Below, in pieces: positions 1 to 9,921 of a stretch of DNA of 64,000 nt (position 1 is its first letter; each line of letters starts with the position of its first letter). The DNA is from an uncultured bacterium. Its GTDB lineage: Bacteria; Zixibacteria; MSB-5A5; GN15; FEB-12. The stretch is from positions 32,001-96,000 of the forward strand of contig CBDVDR010000004.1 in NCBI GenBank assembly GCA_965372795.1, written 5' to 3'. Below the pieces are notes generated by a model. It saw only the letters and a list, made by a program, of their open reading frames with translations, was not told where the DNA came from and did no database searches. Made by a program: the position numbers and the translations under genes.

Positions 1-318
1 AGATCGATCCCGTCGAGCTGTATTATTTTCAATCTTTATCGGTATCTCTTCATCCTGAACGAGATCAGCTTTATCTTCTGTGGAATTTGAATCTGTTAAA
101 AAATTGATAAATTCAATTTTTTCATTCACAGGCCTTTCATTCCTAATATTTTTAGCTGGTGCTCTTTTAACGATAAGAGCGGCTGATGTTGAAGCTCCTA
201 TTGTTTCAGTATCTTTCTTTTGAAAGATTGTATAAATTATGACTGCAAGAATTGAAACAATGACATATCCAGCAGCGTTCATCGCAATATCAATAATCAT
301 TTCTTGTGAAAGTTCCAT
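1..318 (-). CDS. Hypothetical membrane-anchored protein downstream of fliA, truncated by the window edge
   Basis: Not in the ORF track. Manual translation from ATG at 318: MELSQEMIIDIAMNAAGYVIVSILAVIIYTIFQKK..., open to position 1; GGAG RBS upstream; N-terminal hydrophobic helix. Confidence 0.75.
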   Translation of the reverse strand, partial: MELSQEMIIDIAMNAAGYVIVSILAVIIYTIFQKKDTETIGASTSAALIVKRAPAKNIRNERPVNEKIEFINFLTDSNSTEDKADLVQDEEIPIKIENNTARRDRS

Positions 319-334
319 TTTCACACTCCATTAT

Positions 335-652
335 CTAAGCCTTAATATCAATATGTTCAGTGCTATCAGGCATGTCTTTGTCAGTCTTATCTGGTTCTTC
401 AGACTGTTGAATTTTTTTTTCCTGTTTCTTTTCATCATGCCTTTGATTGCTCTGATCATCCTTTAATTCGGTTAAATAAACCGAATCCTGTTTATTTTTT
501 TTCTTTTTAGCAAGTTCCTCTTCCATTTTCTCTTTAAGAGCTTTGGAGAAGTTTTGCTGATTTTTCTCTTTTTCAGACCGCTCAATTCTTCTGACAATTT
601 CTCCTGGTTGAGCGTTCGCACTATTATCGACACGATCAATCGGAGTATTCAT
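335..652 (-). CDS. Hypothetical charged low-complexity protein in the flagellar operon
   Basis: GGAGG precedes ATG at 652 (MNTPIDRV); K/E/Q-rich; ends HIDIKA. Confidence 0.7.
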   Translation of the reverse strand: MNTPIDRVDNSANAQPGEIVRRIERSEKEKNQQNFSKALKEKMEEELAKKKKNKQDSVYLTELKDDQSNQRHDEKKQEKKIQQSEEPDKTDKDMPDSTEHIDIKA

Positions 653-679
653 AGAACCTCCCAAGTCTGGTAATCGAAA

Positions 680-1555
680 TTATGCCGTCATAGAAAATTT
701 TTCTTTAACCATGCCACGTAATTTCATTACCGCGCGAGTATGAATCTGAGATACTCTTGATTCAGAAATCGACATCACTTCACCGATCTCTTTCAGCGTC
801 AATATTTCATAGTAATAAAGCGCTATCACAAGTTTTTCCTGCTTAGTCAATTTATCAATTGCTACTACAAGAAAAGATCGCAGTTCATCTTTTTCAATTT
901 CTGCCAGAATGCTATGAGATGACTTATCCATAATTGTTTCAATTCTTGGCACCTGACGGTTATCATCTTCACGGAAAATTACTTCATCAAGCGAAAGGAT
1001 ATTTGTACCTGACACATCATCCAATGCCAGATGAAGATCTTGCAGTGTTATGTTCATATATTTAGCCAATTCCATCTTTTCCGGTGGGCGACCAAGATCA
1101 TTTTTCAAAATGGTTACAGCTTTCTCGATTTCACGAGATTTAGCTCTTGTTGATCTGGGGACCCAGTCTAAAGCTCTTAATTCGTCAAGAATTGCACCAC
1201 GAATTCTTGGAACAGCATAGGTTTCAAATTTCACTCCTCGATCCGGATCGAAATGTCCGAAGGCTTCAATCAAACCGATCACACCGGTACTGATTAAATC
1301 TGACAGTTCGACCGACTTCGGAAAGCCCATTGCCATCCGGGTTGCAACATTTCTAACAAGTGGCACATATTTGTCAAGTAGCATTCTGCGCTGTTCTGGA
1401 GCTTTGAATTTATGATATCTTCTCCAGTCAGTTTCAGTCACTTCCCAACGGTTAGGTCTCAGACTCTTTGGAATCAGAGGTGCTTTCTTCTCAACTTTTT
1501 TAGTCTTCGGCTTTCTGCCTTGCTTTTTTGGTTCAATTAATAATGCATTAGCCAT
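680..1555 (-). CDS. fliA: Flagellar sigma factor FliA/WhiG (sigma28)
   Basis: GLIEA..FDPDRGVKFETYAVPRIRGAILDELRALDWVPRS; region 4 LTLKEIGEVMSISESRVSQIH. Confidence 0.97.
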   Translation of the reverse strand: MANALLIEPKKQGRKPKTKKVEKKAPLIPKSLRPNRWEVTETDWRRYHKFKAPEQRRMLLDKYVPLVRNVATRMAMGFPKSVELSDLISTGVIGLIEAFGHFDPDRGVKFETYAVPRIRGAILDELRALDWVPRSTRAKSREIEKAVTILKNDLGRPPEKMELAKYMNITLQDLHLALDDVSGTNILSLDEVIFREDDNRQVPRIETIMDKSSHSILAEIEKDELRSFLVVAIDKLTKQEKLVIALYYYEILTLKEIGEVMSISESRVSQIHTRAVMKLRGMVKEKFSMTA

Positions 1556-1562
1556 AGGTATT

Positions 1563-2435
1563 TTATTCCTTTATATCGGCCATATTAAGGTTATTATTTA
1601 TTTTTAATTTGTTATCCTGTTCAGTTTCAAACTGAATATTCTGAAATCCTTCAGTTAAAGATTTTATTGTTTTGTTAAGTGGTTGAATTACAACAGATTC
1701 GTCAGTTATCGCTGATACCGGTTGCTGAGTTGCAACACTTTTGCGATATGAATCTGATTCTGTGATATATCCTGCAAAAAACGGTATTCTATTTATAAAC
1801 CGCTCCGAAAGAGCGCTGAATTTTCGACGAATATATTCTGCTTCTTCTGCATCCTGAACTCTATTTATTAACAAAGCCAGGTTTATTGAACTATCAGTAT
1901 TCGACAAATATTTGGTTAGACCGTAACAATCAGAGATTGAGGTTAATTCGGGGACCATTACTATCATTGTTGAATCTGATCCGATAGCTGTTACAGCTGA
2001 AAATTTGCAAATTCCAGAGCCATGATCTATAATTACTTTATCATATCTCTTTGATTCATTGCGAAGGACAGTTATAAATTCTGCCGCTTGTTTAATATCA
2101 GCCGTATCAATTTCTATTTCACCAACAGAAGCTAACAGATCAAGGTTACCATTGACTTTTGTAACAGCTTCTTTTAGTGAGAGAGACCGATTGAGAAAAT
2201 GAGATATGCCATAAGAGGGGCATACATTGGCAAGAATATGTAAATTTCCAAAATACAGATCGCCGTCAACCAGCAATACTTTTTTACCCGAAAATGCAAT
2301 CCGTTCGGCAAGATTATAAGCCAGAACAGTTTTACCAACGCCGCCTTTACCGGAAAGTATTGAAGTAATTCTCAAGCTATAATCAGTGCCTTTAGAATTT
2401 ATCAAATTTTTGAGATTAAGCCTTTTCAAGAGCAA
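1563..2435 (-). CDS. flhG: MinD-like ATPase FlhG/FleN
   Basis: Deviant Walker A SGKGGVGKT; lies between flhF and fliA. Confidence 0.9.
   Translation of the reverse strand: MLLKRLNLKNLINSKGTDYSLRITSILSGKGGVGKTVLAYNLAERIAFSGKKVLLVDGDLYFGNLHILANVCPSYGISHFLNRSLSLKEAVTKVNGNLDLLASVGEIEIDTADIKQAAEFITVLRNESKRYDKVIIDHGSGICKFSAVTAIGSDSTMIVMVPELTSISDCYGLTKYLSNTDSSINLALLINRVQDAEEAEYIRRKFSALSERFINRIPFFAGYITESDSYRKSVATQQPVSAITDESVVIQPLNKTIKSLTEGFQNIQFETEQDNKLKINNNLNMADIKE
1573..1600 (-). promoter_or_regulatory. sigma28/sigmaD-type promoter upstream of fliA, inside the flhG 3' end
   Basis: Minus strand TAAA-N16-GCCGATAT. Confidence 0.65.
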
Positions 2436-3519
2436 CCTCAGCTTTCATTATTTTTCTGGAGATCAGATCCGGATCGGGAGCATTGATAGATCCGATACCA
2501 CCGGGAGCATCTGAAACATAAATGACTTTTAAATCACTGCTATTTGCTGCTGCCATGATTGAACCCAAGCGGTCAGTTAAATCCTGCATTGTGATTATTA
2601 AATGGGTTGGATTAAATTTTTTCACCTGTTTCATCATCTGAGCGATATCGCTTGAACGGGTTAAAGATGAAAAAACTGCAAAACAGAAATCAGCATTAAG
2701 AGCTTCTATTTTCTGTGTCAGTTTATTCAGGTTAATCTCATCAGATGGCATTGCCGGTGAATCGATTAAGATAATACTGTTATCTGATATAGTTTTATCT
2801 ATATCGGAGTTAAGATCAGCGACTTCAACATCAAGCAGGTCTGCATAACCATGGATTTCATCATGGGCACCCATTTTCATATCATCAAGTGATGCCAGAT
2901 GAACTTTTTTCTTTTCATTAATAATTAATTGAACGGCAAGTTTTCCCATGGCGGAAGATTTTCCACTTCCAGCCGGACCTACGAAAACAATTTTACTTCC
3001 TTCGGTAAATTCTATTGAAGGAAGCATCAAATTTGAAAGCATCTCAACGAGTTTAACTCTAACAACATCAGGAGCTTTATTTTGCTCAACCGCATTGATA
3101 ATGAGATGCTCGATAATTTCATCAATGATATTCTGTGGAATATCAGAATCTTTAAGTTTGTTAATTACATCTGAATAGATTAGAGAGGTATCAGATTCGG
3201 ACTTTGCACCAAAGTTATCTTTATCTAACAGATTTGAAATCTGTCCCTCAAGATTTGAAAGTCTATTGATTATTACATCATCATTTTTAATTACCGGAGC
3301 AGGTTCTATAACAGCAGCTGCAGGAGGGGCATCAGGGAATATTCTATTAGATTGACCAACTGTCGGTTTTTCAAGGCAGGCAGTGATTTCTATTTTATAT
3401 CCATTCCTGTCCTGAGTAAGTTCACTCGTTTTAAGAACGATGGCATCTCCACCCATTTCGCTGCGAACTGCTTTTAAAGCTGCTGCTGAAGTTTCTGCCC
3501 TAAACGATTTAATTATCAT
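2416..3519 (-). CDS. flhF: SRP-family GTPase FlhF with degenerate G motifs
   Basis: N-terminal MIIKSF..AALKAVRSEMGGDAIVL; P-loop GPAGSGKS; follows flhA. Confidence 0.88.
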   Translation of the reverse strand: MIIKSFRAETSAAALKAVRSEMGGDAIVLKTSELTQDRNGYKIEITACLEKPTVGQSNRIFPDAPPAAAVIEPAPVIKNDDVIINRLSNLEGQISNLLDKDNFGAKSESDTSLIYSDVINKLKDSDIPQNIIDEIIEHLIINAVEQNKAPDVVRVKLVEMLSNLMLPSIEFTEGSKIVFVGPAGSGKSSAMGKLAVQLIINEKKKVHLASLDDMKMGAHDEIHGYADLLDVEVADLNSDIDKTISDNSIILIDSPAMPSDEINLNKLTQKIEALNADFCFAVFSSLTRSSDIAQMMKQVKKFNPTHLIITMQDLTDRLGSIMAAANSSDLKVIYVSDAPGGIGSINAPDPDLISRKIMKAEVALEKA

Positions 3520-5593
3520 CTTGTAACCTCACCATTCCCATTGATACAAGTTCGACATCAGGTAAAATTTCATTGAATGAGACAATCGTCAGTTGCGGGA
3601 AAGACGCTTCGACTAATCTTCTCAAAGCCAATCTGATGTTTGGTGAGCAGATGCATACCGGCGTATGTCCGGTTGACTGCAAAGTTTCGATCTGCTTCCC
3701 TATTTTTTCCAATAGCAACCCAGACATGGTAGGATCAAGTACCAGCATTAAACCCTGTTTGGTATTTTGCACTGATTCACCAAGTTGCTGTTCTATCTGG
3801 GGATCAATTGTGAAGACATTGACTTTGCCTTCTTTATCTTTGTTCATCTCAGTTATCTGACGCTTTAAAGCCATGCGAACATATTCAGCCAGAACATCAT
3901 TATCTTTTGTAGCGCCAATGTAATCACTGATGGTTTCAACTATAGTAGCCAGATCGCGAACCGGAATTCTTTCATTCAGTAACGACTGTAAAATTTTCTG
4001 AAGGGTTCCCAATGGAACTATTTCCGGAATGACTGAATCAACCAATGCAGGAGAATCTTCTTTGAGAGTTTCCACCAAATGCTGGACATCCTGACGGGTG
4101 AGTATTTCAGCAGATGCTGATCTGATTACTTCTGTTAAATGGGTTGCTAAAACAGCTGATGGTTCAACACAGGTATAGTTATTGGCTTCAGCCATTTCTT
4201 TCAGATTAGGAATAATCCAGGTAGCGTTTAATCCGTAGGCGGGGTCTTTAGTATCAAAACCATCAAGTTTTTCTTCAACAAAGCCCGGGTTAATTGCCAG
4301 TTTATGATCCGGCATAAGTTCAAATCCGGAAACCTTAATGCCTTTAACTTTAATTTGGTATTCATTCGGCTTGAGTTGGACATTATCTCTTATTCTGATG
4401 GCAGGAATTACTATGCCTAATTCAGAAGCCAGTTGTTTGCGAATAACTGTAACTCGATCAAGTAAATCTCCACCCTGATTAGCATCGACTAAAGGAATTA
4501 ACCCATATCCGATTTCTAATCCGAGTGAATCAACCTTAAGAAGATCTTCAGTACGCTCTTCAACAGGCGGTTCAGAATCCTCATCCTTTTGAATCTGTTT
4601 TTCTTGAACATCTTTTTTTGCAAGAGCTTCTTTGGCGACAAATCCTATTCCACCAGCTAAGGCACTCATAAACATGAAAATTGAAGTTGGCATTCCCGGT
4701 AGAAGACCAAAAACAAACAGTACCCCGGCACCAACAAAAATTGCCCGTGGCTCACGGGTCAGCTGACTTGCTAAATCGGAACCCATACTTCCGGTTGATG
4801 CTGCTCTGGTAACAATGATACCTGATGCGGTAGAAACCAATAAGGCAGGAATCTGTGTTACCAAACCATCACCGATAGACAGCAAAGAATAAGTCCGCAT
4901 TGAATCAGCCAGAGTCATATCATTTAAGGCGACTCCGATAACAAAACCACCAATGATATTGATCAGAGTAATGAGGATACCAGCGATAGCATCACCACGA
5001 ACAAACTTTGATGCACCGTCCATTGCGCCATAGAAATCAGCTTCCTGGGCAATCTCAACGCGGCGTTCACGGGCTTGTTCATCGGTTATAATACCGGCAT
5101 TTAAATCAGCATCGATTGCCATCTGTTTACCAGGCATCGCATCAAGAGTAAATCGAGCGGACACTTCAGATATACGACCGGCACCTTTGGTGATAACGAC
5201 GAATTGAATTATAACCAGAATGATAAATACAATAAAACCGACTACATAATTTCCCTGAACAACGAAGTTACCAAACGAGTTGATAACATCACCTGCAAAA
5301 GCATGTCCAAGAATCAAACGAGTCGATGCAACGTTTAATGATAAACGTAACAAAGTAACAATTAAAAGCATCCCCGGAAATACTGACAGATCCAGCGGAC
5401 GACGGATATACATAGTTGTTAACAAGACAACGAGTGAGAAAGTAATATTGAAAGCTAACGCAAAATCCAACAGCATTGTCGGAATAGGGATAATTAAGAC
5501 ACCAATAATAGCAACAACGCCCAAAGCCAGAACTATATCAGAGCGTTCAGTTATTACATCAATCATATTTTTTTGTTCTGATTGTTGTGCCAT
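3509..5593 (-). CDS. flhA: Flagellar export gate protein FlhA
   Basis: RISEVSARFTLDAMPGKQMAIDADL and FYGAMDGASKFVRGDA motifs. Confidence 0.98.
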   Translation of the reverse strand: MAQQSEQKNMIDVITERSDIVLALGVVAIIGVLIIPIPTMLLDFALAFNITFSLVVLLTTMYIRRPLDLSVFPGMLLIVTLLRLSLNVASTRLILGHAFAGDVINSFGNFVVQGNYVVGFIVFIILVIIQFVVITKGAGRISEVSARFTLDAMPGKQMAIDADLNAGIITDEQARERRVEIAQEADFYGAMDGASKFVRGDAIAGILITLINIIGGFVIGVALNDMTLADSMRTYSLLSIGDGLVTQIPALLVSTASGIIVTRAASTGSMGSDLASQLTREPRAIFVGAGVLFVFGLLPGMPTSIFMFMSALAGGIGFVAKEALAKKDVQEKQIQKDEDSEPPVEERTEDLLKVDSLGLEIGYGLIPLVDANQGGDLLDRVTVIRKQLASELGIVIPAIRIRDNVQLKPNEYQIKVKGIKVSGFELMPDHKLAINPGFVEEKLDGFDTKDPAYGLNATWIIPNLKEMAEANNYTCVEPSAVLATHLTEVIRSASAEILTRQDVQHLVETLKEDSPALVDSVIPEIVPLGTLQKILQSLLNERIPVRDLATIVETISDYIGATKDNDVLAEYVRMALKRQITEMNKDKEGKVNVFTIDPQIEQQLGESVQNTKQGLMLVLDPTMSGLLLEKIGKQIETLQSTGHTPVCICSPNIRLALRRLVEASFPQLTIVSFNEILPDVELVSMGMVRLQDDN

Positions 5594-5594
5594 C

Positions 5595-6665
5595 TTAGCT
5601 TACTCCCTTTCCATTCAAACGGAAGACATAAGCTAAAATCTCGGCAACGGCGCGATAGAGATGCATCGGCACCATCTGCCCGATTTCACAAACTTTGAAT
5701 AAGGCTCTTGCCAGAGGTTTATCTTCGATAACAGGAATATTATTTTCATAAGCAATTTTCTTAATTTTCTGTGCGATCAATCGTTCACCCTTTGCCACTA
5801 CCCAGGGAGCTGCCATTTCATCAGTATTATATTTCAAGGCTACTGCGATATGAGTCGGGTTAGTGATTACCACGTCAGCATCAGGAACTGATGCCATCAT
5901 TCTGTTACGCGACATCTCACGCTGAAGCTGTCGGACTCGTGATTTTATTTGGGGAGAACCTTCGGTATCTTTAAACTCGTCTCTTATTTCCTGACGAGAC
6001 ATTTTGATAGATTTTTCAAAATCATATTTTTGATAGGCATAATCAATAGCAGCAATAATCAATATTATTGAACCAACCTTTAATGCCAGGAAAACAGCCT
6101 GGGTTGCCATTGTACTTGCTATTTGTGCAACCGTCATATCCGGCAGCAGGAAAAATGAATCGAATTCACTTTCAATAACTTTAAAAGCGACAAAACCGAT
6201 AACAAATAATTTGACCGTATCGCGAACAAGTGTGACCAGTGACTTAACTGCAAAGAGACGTTTTAAGCCATTCAAAGGATTCAATTTGTCTAATTTCGGT
6301 TCTAATCCTTTAGGTGTAATTTTAAATCCAACTTGAGCGACATTGACTCCAAAGGCGATAACAATCATTCCTGCAAACACAGGAAACATGATTGAGAAGA
6401 AACGAAGCATGCTGTCGCCGAATACTTTTGCAAAAGTAGGATCAGAGGCAGCAATTACAGGAGCATTAGCTAAATTATAAGCGAATAAATCTTTAATTTG
6501 ACCGACAACATTAGGACCGACTGCATACAAAGTGAGAAATCCAAGACATATAATAGCAGCCGAATTTAATTCCATCGACTTGACAACTTTTCCTTCTTCG
6601 CGAGCTTTATGCCGCCTCCTGGGGGTCGCCTTCTCTGATTTTTCTTGGAAACTATCGTCAGCCAT
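5595..6665 (-). CDS. flhB: Flagellar export protein FlhB
   Basis: EKSEKATPRR N-terminus; NPTH autocleavage motif. Confidence 0.98.
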   Translation of the reverse strand: MADDSFQEKSEKATPRRRHKAREEGKVVKSMELNSAAIICLGFLTLYAVGPNVVGQIKDLFAYNLANAPVIAASDPTFAKVFGDSMLRFFSIMFPVFAGMIVIAFGVNVAQVGFKITPKGLEPKLDKLNPLNGLKRLFAVKSLVTLVRDTVKLFVIGFVAFKVIESEFDSFFLLPDMTVAQIASTMATQAVFLALKVGSIILIIAAIDYAYQKYDFEKSIKMSRQEIRDEFKDTEGSPQIKSRVRQLQREMSRNRMMASVPDADVVITNPTHIAVALKYNTDEMAAPWVVAKGERLIAQKIKKIAYENNIPVIEDKPLARALFKVCEIGQMVPMHLYRAVAEILAYVFRLNGKGVS

Positions 6666-6668
6666 TGG

Positions 6669-7457
6669 CTACGCCTTTCCCATCGACAGGAAGAGAATGT
6701 TCAGTTCTTTATCAAGGAAGCCCATACTCTTTTCTAGAACGTAGGCAAAAATCGGCATCGACATTGCCATAATCAAAAGCCCCATAGCAATTTTGATCGG
6801 GAAACCAACAAAGAACACATTCATAGTCGGCATTGTCTTAGCAATCGTACCAAGAGCAATATCTGTCAGGAATAATGAGATCATTATCGGAGCAGATATT
6901 TTCAATGCGATTACAAAAACATAAGCTGAATATTTTATCATTAACTCACCAACACTGCCTTGTATTGCAACGCCTGCCGGTGGAATGACTTCATAACTAT
7001 TTACAAAAGCTGTAATAATCAGGTGATGACCGTTAAGTCCGAGGAAAATCAGAATTGCCATAACATTCCAGAAATTTCCGATTACCGAAACCTGGGCACC
7101 AATATTACGATCAAATTCAGTTGCCATTGATAAGCCAATCTGGTAACCAACTATCGAACCGGCTGTCTGAACGCCATAAAAAATCAGCATAAAGAACATG
7201 CTGATTATTGCGCCGACTAAAATTTCTTTAATTGCAAATCCGGCAAACTGCCAGGTTGATTCAATTGGCGGAATAGTAACATTGCTGAGAGTAGAAACTA
7301 CGATACCTGATAATAAAATGAGTAATCCGACTCTGATTGTTCGTGGGATACTTTTATGTCCAAAAATCGGAGCAAAAGCAAATAATCCTGATCCACGAAA
7401 AATAACCAGAACAAAAATTTGAAGCTTATCAGCTGTAAAATTTACAAAATCGAACAA
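6669..7457 (-). CDS. fliR: Flagellar export protein FliR
   Basis: Multi-TM protein; LNGHH and PTMNVFFVGFPIKI motifs; TTG start. Confidence 0.96.
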   Translation of the reverse strand: MFDFVNFTADKLQIFVLVIFRGSGLFAFAPIFGHKSIPRTIRVGLLILLSGIVVSTLSNVTIPPIESTWQFAGFAIKEILVGAIISMFFMLIFYGVQTAGSIVGYQIGLSMATEFDRNIGAQVSVIGNFWNVMAILIFLGLNGHHLIITAFVNSYEVIPPAGVAIQGSVGELMIKYSAYVFVIALKISAPIMISLFLTDIALGTIAKTMPTMNVFFVGFPIKIAMGLLIMAMSMPIFAYVLEKSMGFLDKELNILFLSMGKA

Positions 7458-7496
7458 TGTTTTTTTTCCTTCCTCATGTTAGCACTAAACTGTATC

Positions 7497-7512
7497 TCAA
7501 ATTTTGTGCCAA
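7497..7512 (-). promoter_or_regulatory. sigma54-type -24/-12 promoter for the fliR-fliA sub-operon (variant -12)
   Basis: Minus strand TTGGCAC-AAAAT-TTGA in the fliQ-fliR gap. Confidence 0.6.
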
Positions 7513-7665
7513 ACTCTCAGGTTGAGCGAAGGCTCCTATGTCGTTGAATTAAAAGGGGTTACATTTTGCCGATTTGACTGTTTTGAAAGCTTTTAAATAA
7601 TTGCGGAAAAATTTACCAGACCTGTTGGAAAAAAGTTCAAAGGTATAAAAAAGGGACAAGTCGCC

Positions 7666-7935
7666 TTAGCCGACCAGTCCCGGTATCATCTCGTACATAT
7701 GAGTGGTAAAATCTGTCAGGCGATTGATAATCCACGGCAAAAAGATGAGTAATGCCAGACCAATTGCCAGAATTTTTGGGATAAAAGTCAGGGTCATTTC
7801 CTGAATTTGGGTCACAGCTTGAAAAAGTGAAATAACCACACCAACTATTAAACCACACAGTAATAGCGGACCGGCAACCATAAGGGTTACCATCAGAGCT
7901 TCACGACCTATAGATACAACCATTTGCGGATTCAT
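7666..7935 (-). CDS. fliQ: Flagellar export protein FliQ
   Basis: SLFQAVTQIQEMTLTFIPK. Confidence 0.98.
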   Translation of the reverse strand: MNPQMVVSIGREALMVTLMVAGPLLLCGLIVGVVISLFQAVTQIQEMTLTFIPKILAIGLALLIFLPWIINRLTDFTTHMYEMIPGLVG

Positions 7936-7945
7936 TTCTACCTCA

Positions 7946-8698
7946 CTACATATGGAATGATTCGACGAGTGATTTGATTAGCATATACCAACCATCAACA
8001 AGTACGAATAACAAAATTTTAAATGGCAACGATACGATAATTGGCGGTAACATCATCATACCCATAGACATAAGTACTGACGCCACAACCATATCAATCA
8101 CTAAAAACGGAATAAACAAAATAAACGCAATTTGAAAGGCAGTCCTCAATTCAGAGATAACAAATCCCGGCACCAATATATGTAATGGCACATCTTCAGC
8201 TGAATTTGGCGGTTCAATCTTTGCGATGCTTACAAATAGAGCCAGATCCTTCTCCCTTGTTTGAGAGAGCATGAATTTTTTAAAAGGTGCCACCGTTTTT
8301 TCAAACGCTTCCTCTTTGGATATCTGTTCATCCAAATAAGGTTTTATGCCTTCATCGTAAGATTTATTAATTACCGGTGACATTACAAAAAATGTTAATA
8401 TCAAAGCCAATGCGATTAACAATTGTCCCGGCGGCATCTGGTTGATTCCCATTGCCTGCCTTAGAAATGACAATACAACAGTGAATCGTATAAAAGAGGT
8501 TACCATGATAATAATGGAAGGTGCCAAAGCCAGCACAGTCATCAATATGATAATCTGCAATGTCGCTGATAATTCAGCCGGTTCCGTAGCTTCACCGACC
8601 TCTAATGATATTTTTGGAAATGTCTGTGCCACAACATTAGAGATGTTAAATAATAATACGCTAAGTGCAGCAAAAGATATTTTAAGTAAATTACGCAT
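7946..8698 (-). CDS. fliP: Flagellar export protein FliP
   Basis: TSFIRF..VLSFLRQAMG and LMSMGMMMLPP..SLPFKILLFVLVDGW. Confidence 0.98.
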   Translation of the reverse strand: MRNLLKISFAALSVLLFNISNVVAQTFPKISLEVGEATEPAELSATLQIIILMTVLALAPSIIIMVTSFIRFTVVLSFLRQAMGINQMPPGQLLIALALILTFFVMSPVINKSYDEGIKPYLDEQISKEEAFEKTVAPFKKFMLSQTREKDLALFVSIAKIEPPNSAEDVPLHILVPGFVISELRTAFQIAFILFIPFLVIDMVVASVLMSMGMMMLPPIIVSLPFKILLFVLVDGWYMLIKSLVESFHM

Positions 8699-8760
8699 AA
8701 AATCCTATTTTTTCCAATTTTGCGCAACGATCCATGTCACGCTTTCCGGCTCAATTGAGA

Positions 8761-9327
8761 TTAACTCTCAGCTATTGCCGGTTTTCCTTTTTGATTAAAC
8801 TCTCTAACTTTTGATGAAGCCATTGAGAGCATTTCTTTAAACCCCTTCACAGGAGTTTTTTCCTCAGCTGTTTCTTCTGATAAAATTAGATCAGAAGTTT
8901 CCTCATCAGTTAATTCTGTCAAAACTGAAATTTGTTGTTCAGTAACTCCTACCAATACCGAACGATTTGCAATTCTAACAAGGGAAATAGATTTTTTGGG
9001 TGCAAGATAAGTAGTCTCTAAAACTTCAAGAGTTTTATTGATCTTATTTCCACTTAATTTCTTCCCCATCACTTTCTTTAAAAAGAATATGCTTCCATAA
9101 ATACAGAACAGTACGACAACCAATGCTGAAAACATTTTCAGCAGTGATGGCATCACAGCTCCGCCAAATTGCGAATTTGTTGATGCTTCAATCTGATCAG
9201 TTGTTGTAACTGAGGTTACATCAGCTGAGGCATTGCCCGTATTTATAAGAACCAATCCGGCAATAGCGATTAAAAGTACGGCTGCTATTGTCAGAACCAT
9301 CCTTTTCTTTGAATTATTGCTGTTCAT
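8761..9327 (-). CDS. fliO: Flagellar biosynthesis protein FliO
   Basis: TM helix followed by LEVLETTYLAPKKSISLV..VLVGVT; lies between fliN and fliP. Confidence 0.9.
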   Translation of the reverse strand: MNSNNSKKRMVLTIAAVLLIAIAGLVLINTGNASADVTSVTTTDQIEASTNSQFGGAVMPSLLKMFSALVVVLFCIYGSIFFLKKVMGKKLSGNKINKTLEVLETTYLAPKKSISLVRIANRSVLVGVTEQQISVLTELTDEETSDLILSEETAEEKTPVKGFKEMLSMASSKVREFNQKGKPAIAES

Positions 9328-9919
9328 TGATTGCTTTTAACCTTTCTTCCGGAGTTAGTAATTGAGTAACTCTGACTCCGAAATTTTCATCAATAACAAC
9401 AACCTCGCCACGAGCAACAGCTTTGTTATTGACAAGAACATCAACCGGCTCACCGGCGAGTTTATGCAATTCAACAACAGAACCAGGTCCCAGGGAAAGA
9501 ATCTCTGAAATAGACATTTTTGTTCTTCCCAATTCAATAGCTACCGGAAGATTGACATCCATAAGCATATCGATATTTCTGGGTTCGGTATTGCCCGATG
9601 GTTCCGACAAATGCTGAAATTTAGCGTCGGAAACTTCCTGTTCATCACCAAAGTCGATATCTTCCGGTTTGGTACCGGATTCTTCTTCCGGCAAATCTTC
9701 CAGCATCGCAAGCATTGCAGCTTCAGCATCATCCTCCGGAACATCCTTTTCATTAACAACCTTATTTTCGTTTTCATCCGAAACCACAGGTTTGTCAGCT
9801 GATTCATCACCGACTTCGTTCTGTTGAAGTTCCGCATTTTCAACGTTTTCATCCTTAGATAACTCCATGTTTTCTTCAGCATTAACGTCGTTTGTGTTCG
9901 GAACTTTTTCATCAGTCAT
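9314..9919 (-). CDS. fliN: Flagellar motor switch protein FliN with long acidic N-terminal extension
   Basis: C-terminal SPOA domain: NIDMLMDVNL..ELGRT..GSVVEL..GEVVVIDENFGVRV. Confidence 0.95.
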   Translation of the reverse strand: MTDEKVPNTNDVNAEENMELSKDENVENAELQQNEVGDESADKPVVSDENENKVVNEKDVPEDDAEAAMLAMLEDLPEEESGTKPEDIDFGDEQEVSDAKFQHLSEPSGNTEPRNIDMLMDVNLPVAIELGRTKMSISEILSLGPGSVVELHKLAGEPVDVLVNNKAVARGEVVVIDENFGVRVTQLLTPEERLKAINEQQ

Positions 9920-9921
9920 AA

